A stretch of 64,000 nt of DNA from an uncultured candidate division Zixibacteria bacterium (GTDB lineage Bacteria; Zixibacteria; MSB-5A5; UBA10806), in NCBI GenBank assembly GCA_963801605.1, contig CAWDFP010000006.1:1664879-1728878 (forward strand), read 5' to 3'. The position numbers were made by a program, and so were the translations under genes. This document shows positions 54,913 to 64,000 of this stretch, one piece after another. Within the stretch, counting starts at the first letter, position 1; every line of letters starts with the position of its first letter. The notes beneath the pieces were generated by a model that saw nothing but the letters and a program-made list of their open reading frames with translations, was not told the DNA's origin and did not search any database.

Positions 54913-57066
54913 ATGAACGCTATCGTTAGATTAACCGCGATACTGGGGGCGATCTTAATCGTTGCTTTTTCATGTTCGCGGCAAATACCGAACACGATAT
55001 CACCACCGATAAACGAACCGGTCCCGGCAACCCCCTCCAATCTTACGGTCACGGTAGGTGATCGTCTGGCCCTGCTGACCTGGTCTGTTGATGATACCAC
55101 CGGTATTAAATTTTACCGGGTATACAGGTCTGATTCCACCAACACTAATTTCCAGGCCCTGGCCGAAGTTACTCAGACATCTTATACGGCTGCAAATTTA
55201 AGTAATGGGCAATCTTATTATTTTAGGATTGCGGCGGTAAACTGGGCTGAATTTGAGGGCTATCCCAGCCCACAGGTATTGGCAATCCCCAATTTGTTCG
55301 GCCTTTTCGTAAATGATGGTCAACAATATACGAATCTCCGGGATGTGACTCTTTCCATGATGGCTCCGGTGGGAACCTCATATATGCAGGTTTCGAATGA
55401 TTCCAACTTTATAGGCAGTGCCTGGGAAAATTTTGTGGTCACCAGGCCCTGGATTTTGTCATCTGGAGATAATCTTAAAAACGTTTATGTCAAATATCGA
55501 CTTCAAAGCGATGATATAGGGACGGTACCTTATTCCGCTAATATCACTCTGGATACTCGTGCCGTGATCGACTCGGTTGTATTCTCTCCTATCGGCTCTC
55601 CGCTGGTCGCGGGGGATCATGTTCACTTCAAACTTTTCGCCGGTGAAGCTGACGGTAACGCTGGAGTCGCAGTCGGACAGAACTTCATTAATCAAGTATT
55701 ATATGATGACGGCAGCAGGGGAGATGCGGTTGCCGGAGACGGCATTTATGAGGCCGATTATACGGTCGCCAGCAATCTGGACTTTAATGATGCCAGCGTA
55801 ACGGGGAATTTTACCGATCGCGCCAATAACACTTCCGGGCAGGTTCAGGCCAGAGGATTTATTTCGGTTCAACGCGCTCCGGATCCCATTTCCATTATTA
55901 GCATTATCGCTCCGAACGGCTTTTTCGACCGCCTTGAAATTGAATGGAATAGATCTCAGATTTCAGATTTTGCGCAATATCGTATTTATAGGGGCCTGAC
56001 TGCTGGAGTGGATTCCAGTGATTATTTGGCCGGCGTAATTAGTTCCGCCCAAACTACGACCCTTATCGATACCGGCCTGACCGCAAATACCATTTATTAT
56101 TACAGGGTATTTGTGATTGATAATTCAAGTCTGTGGGCTCGCTCAAATGAGGTTCAGTCCCGAACTAATCAAAATTCCCCGCCTGTGCCTGTAGTGCTTT
56201 ATTCTCCGGTAACTCCTCCCGGATCGCATAATCGATTGAGTCTTTCCTGGTCTGCCAGCAACGATCAGGATTTCCTGCGCTATGAGCTTTATCGATCCTA
56301 TAATAATCAAGTCAATACCTCCGATGTCCTGATACTTGTATCATCAAGCCAAACCGCCGTAGAGGATACCGGCCTGGCCGCCGATTCCATTTATTATTAT
56401 GGTGTCCTTACCATCGATCAAACGGGCAATTCCGCCTGGTCTAATACTGTCAACGGACGGACTGGCATTGATACACCTCCTGAGGCTGCCACTCTTTATC
56501 CGGTCGAGGTGGCTCCCGATAATTATCAGGATATCAGATTGCATTGGTCGCAGCCTTATACGCCCGATTTCGAGGCTTATCGCCTTTATTCCTGGCGGCC
56601 CGATGCCGGCAGGGCCGACAGTACTCTCCTCGCCGTGATCACTAATCAGGATTCCACTGCGTTTTTGGATCATCCTGTTTTTAACGCCGGGTATGATACG
56701 CTCAATTATTTTTATATCATCTATACCGTCGATCAAGGCGGTAACAGAGCGCTATCCAATATTCTCAGAGTTCATCTCGTTGACACTATTCCCGGGCTGG
56801 TCACGGGTGTGGTTATTGCCCAAACAGCATCGATAGCGATCTCCTGGATAACCAGCGATATCCCCGATTTTTCCAATTACCTTTTAACAAGAGATACTCT
56901 ATCGATTCCGACTCAGGGAGCGCCGGTTTTCTCGTCGGTGGATCAAACCGCATCCAGTTTCGACGATTCCAATGTGGTCAGAGGGCATACCTACTATTAT
57001 TGGCTTACCATCAGCGACAGGCGCGGTCATAGCTCGAGATCGTTTATGGGCAGTGCCGTATGGTAA
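54913..57066 (+). CDS. multi-FN3-domain lipoprotein
   Basis: LIVAFSCS lipobox. Five or more FN3-like modules, each with ...W(S/N)xxxxxDFxxYR(I/L)YR... and ...DTGLxANxIYYYxV... Confidence 0.8.
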   Translation: MNAIVRLTAILGAILIVAFSCSRQIPNTISPPINEPVPATPSNLTVTVGDRLALLTWSVDDTTGIKFYRVYRSDSTNTNFQALAEVTQTSYTAANLSNGQSYYFRIAAVNWAEFEGYPSPQVLAIPNLFGLFVNDGQQYTNLRDVTLSMMAPVGTSYMQVSNDSNFIGSAWENFVVTRPWILSSGDNLKNVYVKYRLQSDDIGTVPYSANITLDTRAVIDSVVFSPIGSPLVAGDHVHFKLFAGEADGNAGVAVGQNFINQVLYDDGSRGDAVAGDGIYEADYTVASNLDFNDASVTGNFTDRANNTSGQVQARGFISVQRAPDPISIISIIAPNGFFDRLEIEWNRSQISDFAQYRIYRGLTAGVDSSDYLAGVISSAQTTTLIDTGLTANTIYYYRVFVIDNSSLWARSNEVQSRTNQNSPPVPVVLYSPVTPPGSHNRLSLSWSASNDQDFLRYELYRSYNNQVNTSDVLILVSSSQTAVEDTGLAADSIYYYGVLTIDQTGNSAWSNTVNGRTGIDTPPEAATLYPVEVAPDNYQDIRLHWSQPYTPDFEAYRLYSWRPDAGRADSTLLAVITNQDSTAFLDHPVFNAGYDTLNYFYIIYTVDQGGNRALSNILRVHLVDTIPGLVTGVVIAQTASIAISWITSDIPDFSNYLLTRDTLSIPTQGAPVFSSVDQTASSFDDSNVVRGHTYYYWLTISDRRGHSSRSFMGSAVW

Positions 57067-57915
57067 AACCTCGGTTATCGTTTCTCGATAAACTGAATTT
57101 ATTCGTTAATGCTTATGGGCAGTTATCTTTAGGTATTTTAAAATTTTCCTGGTGGTCGCCATTTTTCGTATACGCCATTTTTCAAACATTGGGATTCATG
57201 GCGCTGCTCTGGTACTATGCTCCGATGCTGTCGTCCCTGGTTTATCCGCTTATTTCGTTATTTCTACCTGCCAATGCTTTTCACTATCCTCAATATTACC
57301 TGGCCTTACCATCGCTTTACGCTACGTTTGAAAGTCTCATACTCGGTATCACCGCCTGGGTTATCCTGACTGCGGCGGCTGTTTATAGATTGAATGGTGT
57401 ATATGGCGGCAAGATTCCAAAATTTGGTGATGGCGTCAGACTGGCTTTGCGTTCGTACCTGCCGCTGATGCTGGTCTGGCTGTTGGAGACTGCTCTTGTC
57501 ATCATTATTCTTTATGTACCCAGTTCGCTTCTAAAAGATTTTACCGCCGGTTCACCCAACCGAACCGCGGCCGTCGACGTTTTTTTCGAAATGATCGGAT
57601 TGGTGGTAACATCGATGCTGATCTACTCCGTTCCTGGAATTATTCTCGATGGCAAAAAGGTTGGCCGCGCTATTCGGGATAGCATCGGGCTCTTCATAAA
57701 TAATATGTTTCTGACTTATTTTATCGTCGTTTATTCCGAGCATCATTCGCATTCTGTTGAATTTACTTCTCACCAGTTATGCTCCCAAAATTATTAGCCT
57801 TCTAAACCCGGATTTAATCCCCGCAACCATGTTTATCTATATTATTGTGGGAATTTTTATTAATCTCTTTGTTTATGGCGCCGCGGTATTTGTCTATAAG
57901 AGATTGGCGGGTTGA
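57060..57915 (+). CDS. polytopic membrane protein, frame broken near the 3' end (possible assembly indel)
   Basis: Listed ORF 57060..57797 ends in an implausible ...YSEHHSHSVEFTSHQLCSQNY. The +1 frame, open from 57715, reads ...FIPSIIRILLNLLLTSYAPKIISLLNPDLIPATMFIYIIVGIFINLFVYGAAVFVYKRLAG, stopping at 57913-57915. Confidence 0.55.
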
Positions 57916-57969
57916 TTTGCTTTACCCCCGGTGGCTTTATATTTCCAGCATGCTTCCGAAAAGAGTAAT

Positions 57970-59718
57970 ATGAAACGAATAATAGCCTCTTTAGCGCTTT
58001 TCGCTGCCGCCTTGATATTCTATTATCATCAGGCCTGCCCCACATTCTATTTCTGGGATTCAGCCGAACTTACCACGGCTGTCATAACCGGAGGCGTTCC
58101 TCATCCGCCCGGCTTCCCATTTTTCCTTATCTTATCAAGACTTTGGCTCAATATCGTGCCGCTCACGGCAGGATTCAGCCTTAATATCTTCGCTGCTTTC
58201 TTTGGGGCGTTGGGTTTGGTTCTATGGTTTAACGTTATCATCGGATTTGTCCGTCCTATGCACCTTTCCAGAAGCGATATCATAGTAACATTGGTAACGC
58301 TTTTGGCTGTGGCTATCATGGGAGTTTCGCTGACATACTCCATACAGGCTACTCGTTTCGAGGTTTACTCCTTGAATTTTGCCGGATTTGCCGCCCTGGT
58401 ATTGGTCTGTCAAAAAATTATTTCTCGGGAACGGCCTTCGATACTCTGGAGCTTCATCCTCTTTGTGTTGTTGGGTTTGTTTCTGGCAGTGCATAATCTG
58501 ACTATAGCTCTGGCAATTCCCGGAATTATTCTCTTCATGCTCTGGGGTAAAAAGATTACCCCTGGCAACGCTATCCTGGGCGTAATAGCCTCATTTATTT
58601 TCTCGGGGCTATTCTATGTCACTCTGGTATTTCGAGCTGAACATAATCCGCTAATCAATTGGGGCGATCCATCAAATCTCGGCAATCTCGTGGATTATAT
58701 TTTGATAAAAGGTTTTACTACAACCACATCGCGTTTGGCTCCTTCGCACTTCGCGGATCAACTCGGATTTGCGTATGATGTTCTCTACAAGCAATTAGGT
58801 CCGGCCGCCTTAGCGCTTTCAGCCTTTGGTCTCGGTTATGTTGTCGTTCGTAAAAGGGAAATAGGTATTCCTCTGGTTGTACTCTTCGGATTCAATATCC
58901 TTTCGGTTGCCTTTGCCGAAAATTACTTTTATGAGAATTATGATCTTCACGGCTATCTCATGATAGCGCTGGCCGTATTAACTGTGGGTTTGGCCGTAGC
59001 CCTGGCAATTATTTATGATCTTGTCATGTCTCGACTGCGTGGCAGGAGGGCGGGAATTGCCCGTTATCTGGCGGTGGGAGTATTTTTCATTTTCGCCATG
59101 CTTGTTACGGCGCCGCCGGTCAGAGATAATTATCGCGCCGCCGATCTTTCCCATGTTACGGGCGCCGCTGATTTCGCCGGCCGCTTTCTGGCCGATTCGC
59201 CCGACAGCGCCGTGGTTGTGACCTCATCATATAATACCTATTTTTGCGCTTTAGCTTATCAAGCTACGCATCCGGGTAAATCCGAGCAGATTGTAAATAT
59301 ATATAATTGGGATCATCAGTGGGGACGTGATGAAACCGATAAGCAGCTTGATTTATCTTCGCAATCGATTCTGACGCGCGAAAGCTATTACGCCAATCTC
59401 ATAACCCAGAATTTTAAAAAGCGTCCCGTTTATATCGAGTATGACCAGGCCAGCGCCCCGATCACCCGTTATTTGATTCCTCGCGGTATGGGATATCTGT
59501 TTGTAGTCCCTGACTCGTCGGTGAGCGTTCCTCAGGTGGTATCCGATAGTGCCTATTTATCGATGGCTTCAGCGTCAAACGATCTTGAAACGATCCGAAC
59601 CTGGGTTCTCTGGATTCAGAATAGGGGAGAATATTATAAGGCCCGGGGTAACCAGGAGGCCGCCGTGCGTTTTAGCAGCCTTATCGATACTCTGGCGTCA
59701 AAGGCCAATCTTCAATAA
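57970..59718 (+). CDS. DUF2723-family polytopic membrane protein (GT-C-like glycosyltransferase)
   Basis: ATG at 57970 (MKRIIASLALFAAALIFYY). FYFWDSAELTTAVITGGVPHPPGFPFFLIL is the DUF2723 hallmark as I recall it. About 11 TM helices plus a soluble C-terminal domain. Confidence 0.75.
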   Translation: MKRIIASLALFAAALIFYYHQACPTFYFWDSAELTTAVITGGVPHPPGFPFFLILSRLWLNIVPLTAGFSLNIFAAFFGALGLVLWFNVIIGFVRPMHLSRSDIIVTLVTLLAVAIMGVSLTYSIQATRFEVYSLNFAGFAALVLVCQKIISRERPSILWSFILFVLLGLFLAVHNLTIALAIPGIILFMLWGKKITPGNAILGVIASFIFSGLFYVTLVFRAEHNPLINWGDPSNLGNLVDYILIKGFTTTTSRLAPSHFADQLGFAYDVLYKQLGPAALALSAFGLGYVVVRKREIGIPLVVLFGFNILSVAFAENYFYENYDLHGYLMIALAVLTVGLAVALAIIYDLVMSRLRGRRAGIARYLAVGVFFIFAMLVTAPPVRDNYRAADLSHVTGAADFAGRFLADSPDSAVVVTSSYNTYFCALAYQATHPGKSEQIVNIYNWDHQWGRDETDKQLDLSSQSILTRESYYANLITQNFKKRPVYIEYDQASAPITRYLIPRGMGYLFVVPDSSVSVPQVVSDSAYLSMASASNDLETIRTWVLWIQNRGEYYKARGNQEAAVRFSSLIDTLASKANLQ

Positions 59719-59981
59719 TATGTAAGATTATTCCGTTATAAAGCTGAGATCATTTTTAGACCTCCAAAATCTGACGCGGCAACATCCCTATAGTTTCAAT
59801 TTGAACCAATTCTAAACCTGGCTCTTTTTGGCGTTTTGCAAAGCGCAATAGTCCAAATCGGTGATTAGCCTCATTATTTAGAATACGGATTTTTATTATT
59901 TTAGTTCGGCGACTTCCGTAACCCGATAATACATAAGACGATATAGAACAATAATAATCGTGACACCCAAAAAACAGAGAT

Positions 59982-59997
59982 GGGCACAATCTTTGCC
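59982..59997 (+). promoter_or_regulatory. sigma-54 (-24/-12) promoter candidate upstream of the pilin genes
   Basis: GGGCAC-AATCT-TTGCC versus TGGCAC-N5-TTGCW, with correct GG/GC spacing; about 140 nt before the ATG at 60137. Confidence 0.5.
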
Positions 59998-60136
59998 TGA
60001 TGTGATTGCGGCTGTTTGAAAACAAAAAAAGGGATCGAGCCTGAATTAAGGCGACTGGCTCACTAAAGTCATTTTGACAATGTTCGATAAAATATATGAC
60101 GAAACGTTAAACCCCAATTTCCAAGTGAGGTAAGAA

Positions 60137-60550
60137 ATGAGAACGGGAAACAAAAAAGGCTTCACACTGATTGAGCTTATGATCGTGGTGGTCATTATCG
60201 GCATCCTGGCCGCTCTGGCAATTCCGCGTTTCATGCGCTCAACCACTAAAGCCAAACAATCGGAAGCCAAGCAGCTTCTAAAGCAGATCTACACCATGCA
60301 GCACGCCTACAGGCAGGAATTCAACGCTTACTGCCTTAACGGTGTCACCGCTGCTGCCAGTAGCGCCAACTTTGCCAGAATCGGCGTTGATGTAGGCGCC
60401 TCCGCACGTTACAGCTATGCCATGGTCTCCGCCGCTAACACCTTCACCTGCACGGCTACGGCCAACCTTGACGATGATGCCACTGTTGATACCTGGACCA
60501 TCAACCAGGATGGCACATTAGCTTGCACAATCGACGATTCAGTAACTTGA
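60137..60550 (+). CDS. type IV pilin-like protein, copy 1
   Basis: Class III signal MRTGNKKG/FTLIELMIVVVIIGILAALAIPRF; C-terminal Cys pair (FTCTATANLDDDATVDTWTINQDGTLAC). Confidence 0.9.
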   Translation: MRTGNKKGFTLIELMIVVVIIGILAALAIPRFMRSTTKAKQSEAKQLLKQIYTMQHAYRQEFNAYCLNGVTAAASSANFARIGVDVGASARYSYAMVSAANTFTCTATANLDDDATVDTWTINQDGTLACTIDDSVT

Positions 60551-60558
60551 TGAAACGA

Positions 60559-60600
60559 TATGATAGGGGGGATGGGTTACCATCCCCCCTTATCATTTTG
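60559..60600 (+). terminator. rho-independent terminator between pilin copies 1 and 2
   Basis: AGGGGGGATGG-GTTA-CCATCCCCCCT, extended by ATGATA/TATCAT, followed by TTTTG. Confidence 0.7.
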
Positions 60601-60636
60601 AACTTGAAAACGATGATCTACTTTAGGGAGAACAAA

Positions 60637-61053
60637 GTGCAAAAGGATAGGAAAAATTCTGGTTTCACACTGATTGAGCTTATGATCGTGGTAGTCATTA
60701 TCGGCATCCTGGCCGCTCTGGCAATTCCGCGTTTCATGCGCTCAACCACTAAAGCCAAACAATCGGAAGCCAAGCAGCTTCTAAAGCAGATCTACACCAT
60801 GCAGCACGCCTACAGACAGGAATTCAACGCTTACTGCCTTAACGGTGTCACCGCTGCTGCCAGTAGCGCCAACTTTGCCAGAATCGGCGTTGATGTAGGC
60901 GCCTCCGCACGCTACAGCTATGCCATGGTCTCCGCCGCCAACACCTTCACCTGCACGGCTACGGCCAACCTTGACGATGATGCCACTGTTGATACCTGGA
61001 CCATCAACCAGGCGGGCACTCTGGCTTGTACTATCGATGATTCTGTCACTTAA
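60637..61053 (+). CDS. type IV pilin-like protein, copy 2 (mature part near-identical to copy 1)
   Basis: GTG at 60637, 6 nt after AGGGAG, gives VQKDRKNSG/FTLIELM...; an in-frame ATG at 60613 is an alternative start. From GFTLIELM onward only one residue differs from copy 1. Confidence 0.88.
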   Translation: MQKDRKNSGFTLIELMIVVVIIGILAALAIPRFMRSTTKAKQSEAKQLLKQIYTMQHAYRQEFNAYCLNGVTAAASSANFARIGVDVGASARYSYAMVSAANTFTCTATANLDDDATVDTWTINQAGTLACTIDDSVT

Positions 61054-61068
61054 AATTAAATAAAGTTT

Positions 61069-61096
61069 AGGGGGATGTTCATGCTCCCCCTTTTTA
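61069..61096 (+). terminator. rho-independent terminator after pilin copy 2
   Basis: AGGGGGA-TGTTCATGC-TCCCCCT followed by a T5 run. Confidence 0.8.
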
Positions 61097-61125
61097 TTTA
61101 CAATCGCACCGGGATCGAGGACACC

Positions 61126-61551
61126 ATGAATACGGATAAAAAAAAGAAATCTAAGGGCTTCACGCTTATAGAACTAATGATCGTCGTGGTCATCATCGGT
61201 ATTCTCGCCGCTATGGCGCTCCCTCGATTCATGAAAGTAGCCACTAAATCCAAGCAATCTGAGGCTAAGGGGCTTCTCAAGCAAATCTACACCATGCAGG
61301 CGGCCTATTATGCCGAGCATGAAACCTATTGTCTTAACGGCGGCCAGGCCTCTCCCACACTTCTGGATGGCTTTGCCTCCATAGGCGTCTCAATTACACC
61401 GCCTGCCAGATATACCTATGATATGGTATCCGATGCTAATACATTTACCTGCACCGCCACCGCCAATCTTGATCCCGATGCCACTGTTGATACCTGGACA
61501 ATTACCCAGGACGGAACCCTGGTAAATTCTATTGATGATTCCGACGATTAA
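61126..61551 (+). CDS. type IV pilin-like protein, copy 3 (diverged paralog)
   Basis: ATG at 61126 after GAGGA gives MNTDKKKKSKG/FTLIELMIVVVIIGILAAMALPRF. It has the same C-terminal FTCTATANLDPDATVDTWTITQDGTL motif. The listed ORF start at 61075 lies inside the upstream terminator. Confidence 0.9.
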   Translation: MNTDKKKKSKGFTLIELMIVVVIIGILAAMALPRFMKVATKSKQSEAKGLLKQIYTMQAAYYAEHETYCLNGGQASPTLLDGFASIGVSITPPARYTYDMVSDANTFTCTATANLDPDATVDTWTITQDGTLVNSIDDSDD

Positions 61552-61622
61552 ATTATATTTGCCTCTAACTCGCTATTCTTTTCTAATTTACATATTAACA
61601 ATCAAAAGCTATATTTAAGTCT

Positions 61623-62405
61623 ATGCATGATCCGTTCATTTTGGCATTTGTACTGCTTTTTGGCCTCGCATTTGGCAGCTTTTTCAATGTCCTGATTTAC
61701 CGCCTGCCTCATGGTAAATCGCTTCTTAAGCCGCCATCGCATTGCCCTAAATGCAATCACCTGATAAAATTCTATGATAATATCCCCATTCTATCGTTTC
61801 TCATTCTGCGGGGACGATGCCGCTATTGTAAAACCAAAATCTCCTGGCGCTACCCTCTGGTGGAGACGCTTACCGGTGTCCTGACAGTGATTGCAATCTA
61901 CCATTTCGGTTTCACTATCAGAGGTTTGGAGGCAACCCTCCTTTCGCTTCTTTTTGTCCCGGTGTTCTTCATCGATCTCGAACATTGGATAATCCCGGAT
62001 TCGCTCGATTTACCCTGGATTCCGGTTGGCCTGGCGCTGGGATTCGTCTCGGGCGCTTTCGTTGGATGGAAAGGCGCTCTGGTCGGCGCAATTGTGGGCG
62101 GCGGAGCTTTCTTTCTGATAATGTGGTTTGGCAAAATTGCATTTAAGAAAGAGGCTATGGGCTTTGGGGATGTTAAATTTGCGGCCATGCTGGGATCATT
62201 CCTCGGGGCGCTGAATCTGCTCCTGATAATGGTGATGGCCTCATTCCTGGGTTCGGTAATCGGGCTGGCAATTATGACCTCAACGCGGAAAGAGGGGAAG
62301 AGCTCCTACGTGCCGTTTGGACCTTTTCTCGTTTTGGCCGCTTTGATTACGATTTATTGCGGCGATTGGATCATTAACGCTTATCGAAATTTTGTCAATC
62401 TGTAA
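61623..62405 (+). CDS. pilD: prepilin peptidase / N-methyltransferase (A24 family)
   Basis: N-terminal CPKCNH...CRYC zinc-ribbon-like Cys pairs, catalytic Asp contexts (FFIDLEHWIIPD, GFGDVKFAAMLG), eight hydrophobic helices. Confidence 0.92.
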   Translation: MHDPFILAFVLLFGLAFGSFFNVLIYRLPHGKSLLKPPSHCPKCNHLIKFYDNIPILSFLILRGRCRYCKTKISWRYPLVETLTGVLTVIAIYHFGFTIRGLEATLLSLLFVPVFFIDLEHWIIPDSLDLPWIPVGLALGFVSGAFVGWKGALVGAIVGGGAFFLIMWFGKIAFKKEAMGFGDVKFAAMLGSFLGALNLLLIMVMASFLGSVIGLAIMTSTRKEGKSSYVPFGPFLVLAALITIYCGDWIINAYRNFVNL

Positions 62406-62443
62406 ACGCTTCAATCTACTCCCTTTTTGCCGATAATTATTAT

Positions 62444-64000
62444 GTGAAGAAAAGATATGACACTTATGAAGTCGAGATTATCCTTTCGCTCGGCTTTCTT
62501 ATCCTCTTTTTAATTTCGATAAATTTTATATCGGGCTATTCCTTCGAAAAAGCCCGGCAGGAGCAGAAAGCTCAATTTCAGACTCAGATGAATCTGTCTG
62601 CCGATTATGCCCGCGAACTTGTCCAGCGGGAAATTCCAAAGCTAAAATATAATTACAAAATAAAAGGGGACCGCCTGGGAGCAGTTGCTCTTCTTACGGG
62701 TGTCACCAATATCGCCTTATTCGATACCCTCAATAAAAACATCGTATCCATTGGCAATAGCACCGAACCCGGCGTCGACGCCGTTCAAAGGCCCCTGTTT
62801 TACTCAAACAACGAAAAGCTGGGCTATTTGATCGTGTCCTCGCCCAATACATTGGGGGAGGAGCTTGCGAGACTTGCTCGCTGGGATATCCTGTTCCGAG
62901 TGGCCGGGCTGTTCTCCGCCCTGATCATGGCGGCTTATTTCCTGCGCGCCATATTGCTTCCGTACCGACGAATCAAGCGCGAAGCCCTGGATTACAATTT
63001 CGATCTTCGCGAAGCTGGAGGCAAAACCGGAATTGAGTATATCGTCAGTACCTTCAAAGAGGTCATTACCGAGCTCGAGGAAAATAAAAGCGCGCTCGAA
63101 AATATGTATCAGAACTCCGAAAAACGCGCCGATTCGCTGGCGCGATATAATGAATATATCCTGGGCTCTATTACTTCGGGCGTGGTAATCTGCGATTCCG
63201 GCGGTATTGTAACCCGCTTTAATCCATCGGCGCAGACTATCCTGCAATACCTGGAACGAGATTGCCGCGGACGGCATTATCGTGAGGTTTTCGGCAATGA
63301 GCATAAGCTGGTCAGCCTGCTTGACGATGCGCTTTTGTATAAGAAAGTTCATTCACGATTGGAATTTGAAATCAGATGTCCCGATGGCAAAAAGCTGTGG
63401 TTGGGATGTTCATCATCGCTGATAAATGACGAGAAAGGGGAGGGCATGGGGGCAGCCCTCCTCCTGATCGATCTTACTGAAATTCGGCGATTACAGGATG
63501 TTTCATCATATACCGAAAAGATGGTAATCCTTGGTGAAACGGCAGCCGGGTTGGCGCACGAGGTGCGAAATTCGTTTGCGGCCATTATGGGGTTTGCCAA
63601 TTTACTGCGAAAATCGGTAAAAGTTGATGATAAGGCAGTGAAGTTGGCGGACGCTATCAAAGATGAATCGATGGCCGCTGAATCGTTGATGTCTCGTTTT
63701 TTGAGCTTCGCCCGACCCTTGAATCTCAATCCTGAGACGCTCGATATTCATTATTTAGTCGAGACAATCCTCGAAAACTTTTCTCATTCCAATCTTGGCA
63801 AAGTTAAAATTTCAAATATTATTGAAAGCGGCCTGCCTTCTATTCAGGGCGATAGGATGCTGTTACGGCAAGCTCTGCTTAATCTCATTATTAACGCTTG
63901 TGATGCCATGCCCGATGGGGGAGAGGTTTTACTTCGGGCCGGTCTTGAAAGACAAGATACGATTTCGACTATTTACATTTCAGTAACGGATAATGGTGAG
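62444..64000 (+). CDS. sensor histidine kinase, 5' portion (3' end outside the window)
   Basis: Not in the ORF track because it has no stop in the window. GTG at 62444 opens a 519-codon frame to base 64000. It has TM helices, a PAS-like region (ILGSITSGVVICDSGGIVTRFNPSAQ), H-box LAHEVRNSFAAIMGF and N-box LLNLIINACDAM. Confidence 0.85.
   Translation, partial: MKKRYDTYEVEIILSLGFLILFLISINFISGYSFEKARQEQKAQFQTQMNLSADYARELVQREIPKLKYNYKIKGDRLGAVALLTGVTNIALFDTLNKNIVSIGNSTEPGVDAVQRPLFYSNNEKLGYLIVSSPNTLGEELARLARWDILFRVAGLFSALIMAAYFLRAILLPYRRIKREALDYNFDLREAGGKTGIEYIVSTFKEVITELEENKSALENMYQNSEKRADSLARYNEYILGSITSGVVICDSGGIVTRFNPSAQTILQYLERDCRGRHYREVFGNEHKLVSLLDDALLYKKVHSRLEFEIRCPDGKKLWLGCSSSLINDEKGEGMGAALLLIDLTEIRRLQDVSSYTEKMVILGETAAGLAHEVRNSFAAIMGFANLLRKSVKVDDKAVKLADAIKDESMAAESLMSRFLSFARPLNLNPETLDIHYLVETILENFSHSNLGKVKISNIIESGLPSIQGDRMLLRQALLNLIINACDAMPDGGEVLLRAGLERQDTISTIYISVTDNGE

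Noticed and set aside
60137-61053. About 400-bp near-identical tandem repeat, considered as a possible CRISPR-like or satellite array
   Set aside because: It has only two copies. Each is a complete pilin coding sequence with its own RBS and terminator. It is a gene duplication, not an array.

Overview
This 64-kb window appears to come from an uncultivated Gram-negative bacterium. That is an inference from three proteins with T9SS-type or FlgD-Ig-type C-terminal sorting domains and many LVIVD, FG-GAP, FN3, CARDB and PEGA surface proteins. All calls were made by eye from motifs; no searches were run.

Layout:
- 1-5.8 kb: a tRNA-Cys/tRNA-Leu pair, a SET-domain protein, a beta-propeller protein, two tandem VOC paralogs and small proteins.
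- 5.9-7.8 kb: a visibly AT-rich island with frame-broken genes, including a TIR-like (DUF1863/ThsB-like) gene.
- 8-19.4 kb: housekeeping genes (ilvE-rpiB-glyA operon, aspA-like lyase, HD/MFS/PHP operon) and an LVIVD lipoprotein.
- 19.7-26.3 kb: an RHH regulator, a sensor kinase with a sigma-54 response regulator, and two sorting-domain cargo genes.
- 26.9-41.7 kb: a candidate sigma-54-driven envelope locus. It ends in a roughly 2000-aa Ig/CARDB surface protein and a PorV-like barrel fused to TPR repeats.
- 41.8-59.7 kb: an exopolysaccharide locus (Wza, Wzz, BY-kinase, priming sugar transferase, DUF2723). It is preceded by an unusual partner-switching block: an RsbW-like kinase/HAMP/PP2C/HTH fusion, ParA, an extended STAS protein and a GAF-GGDEF cyclase.
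- 60-64 kb: three type IV pilin genes, pilD and a partial histidine kinase.

I saw no rRNA, CRISPR array, transposase, integrase or reverse transcriptase.

Caveat: at least a dozen single-base frame breaks occur, mostly in homopolymer runs and several at CCCGG. They hit core genes too, so assembly indels are more likely than true pseudogenes.
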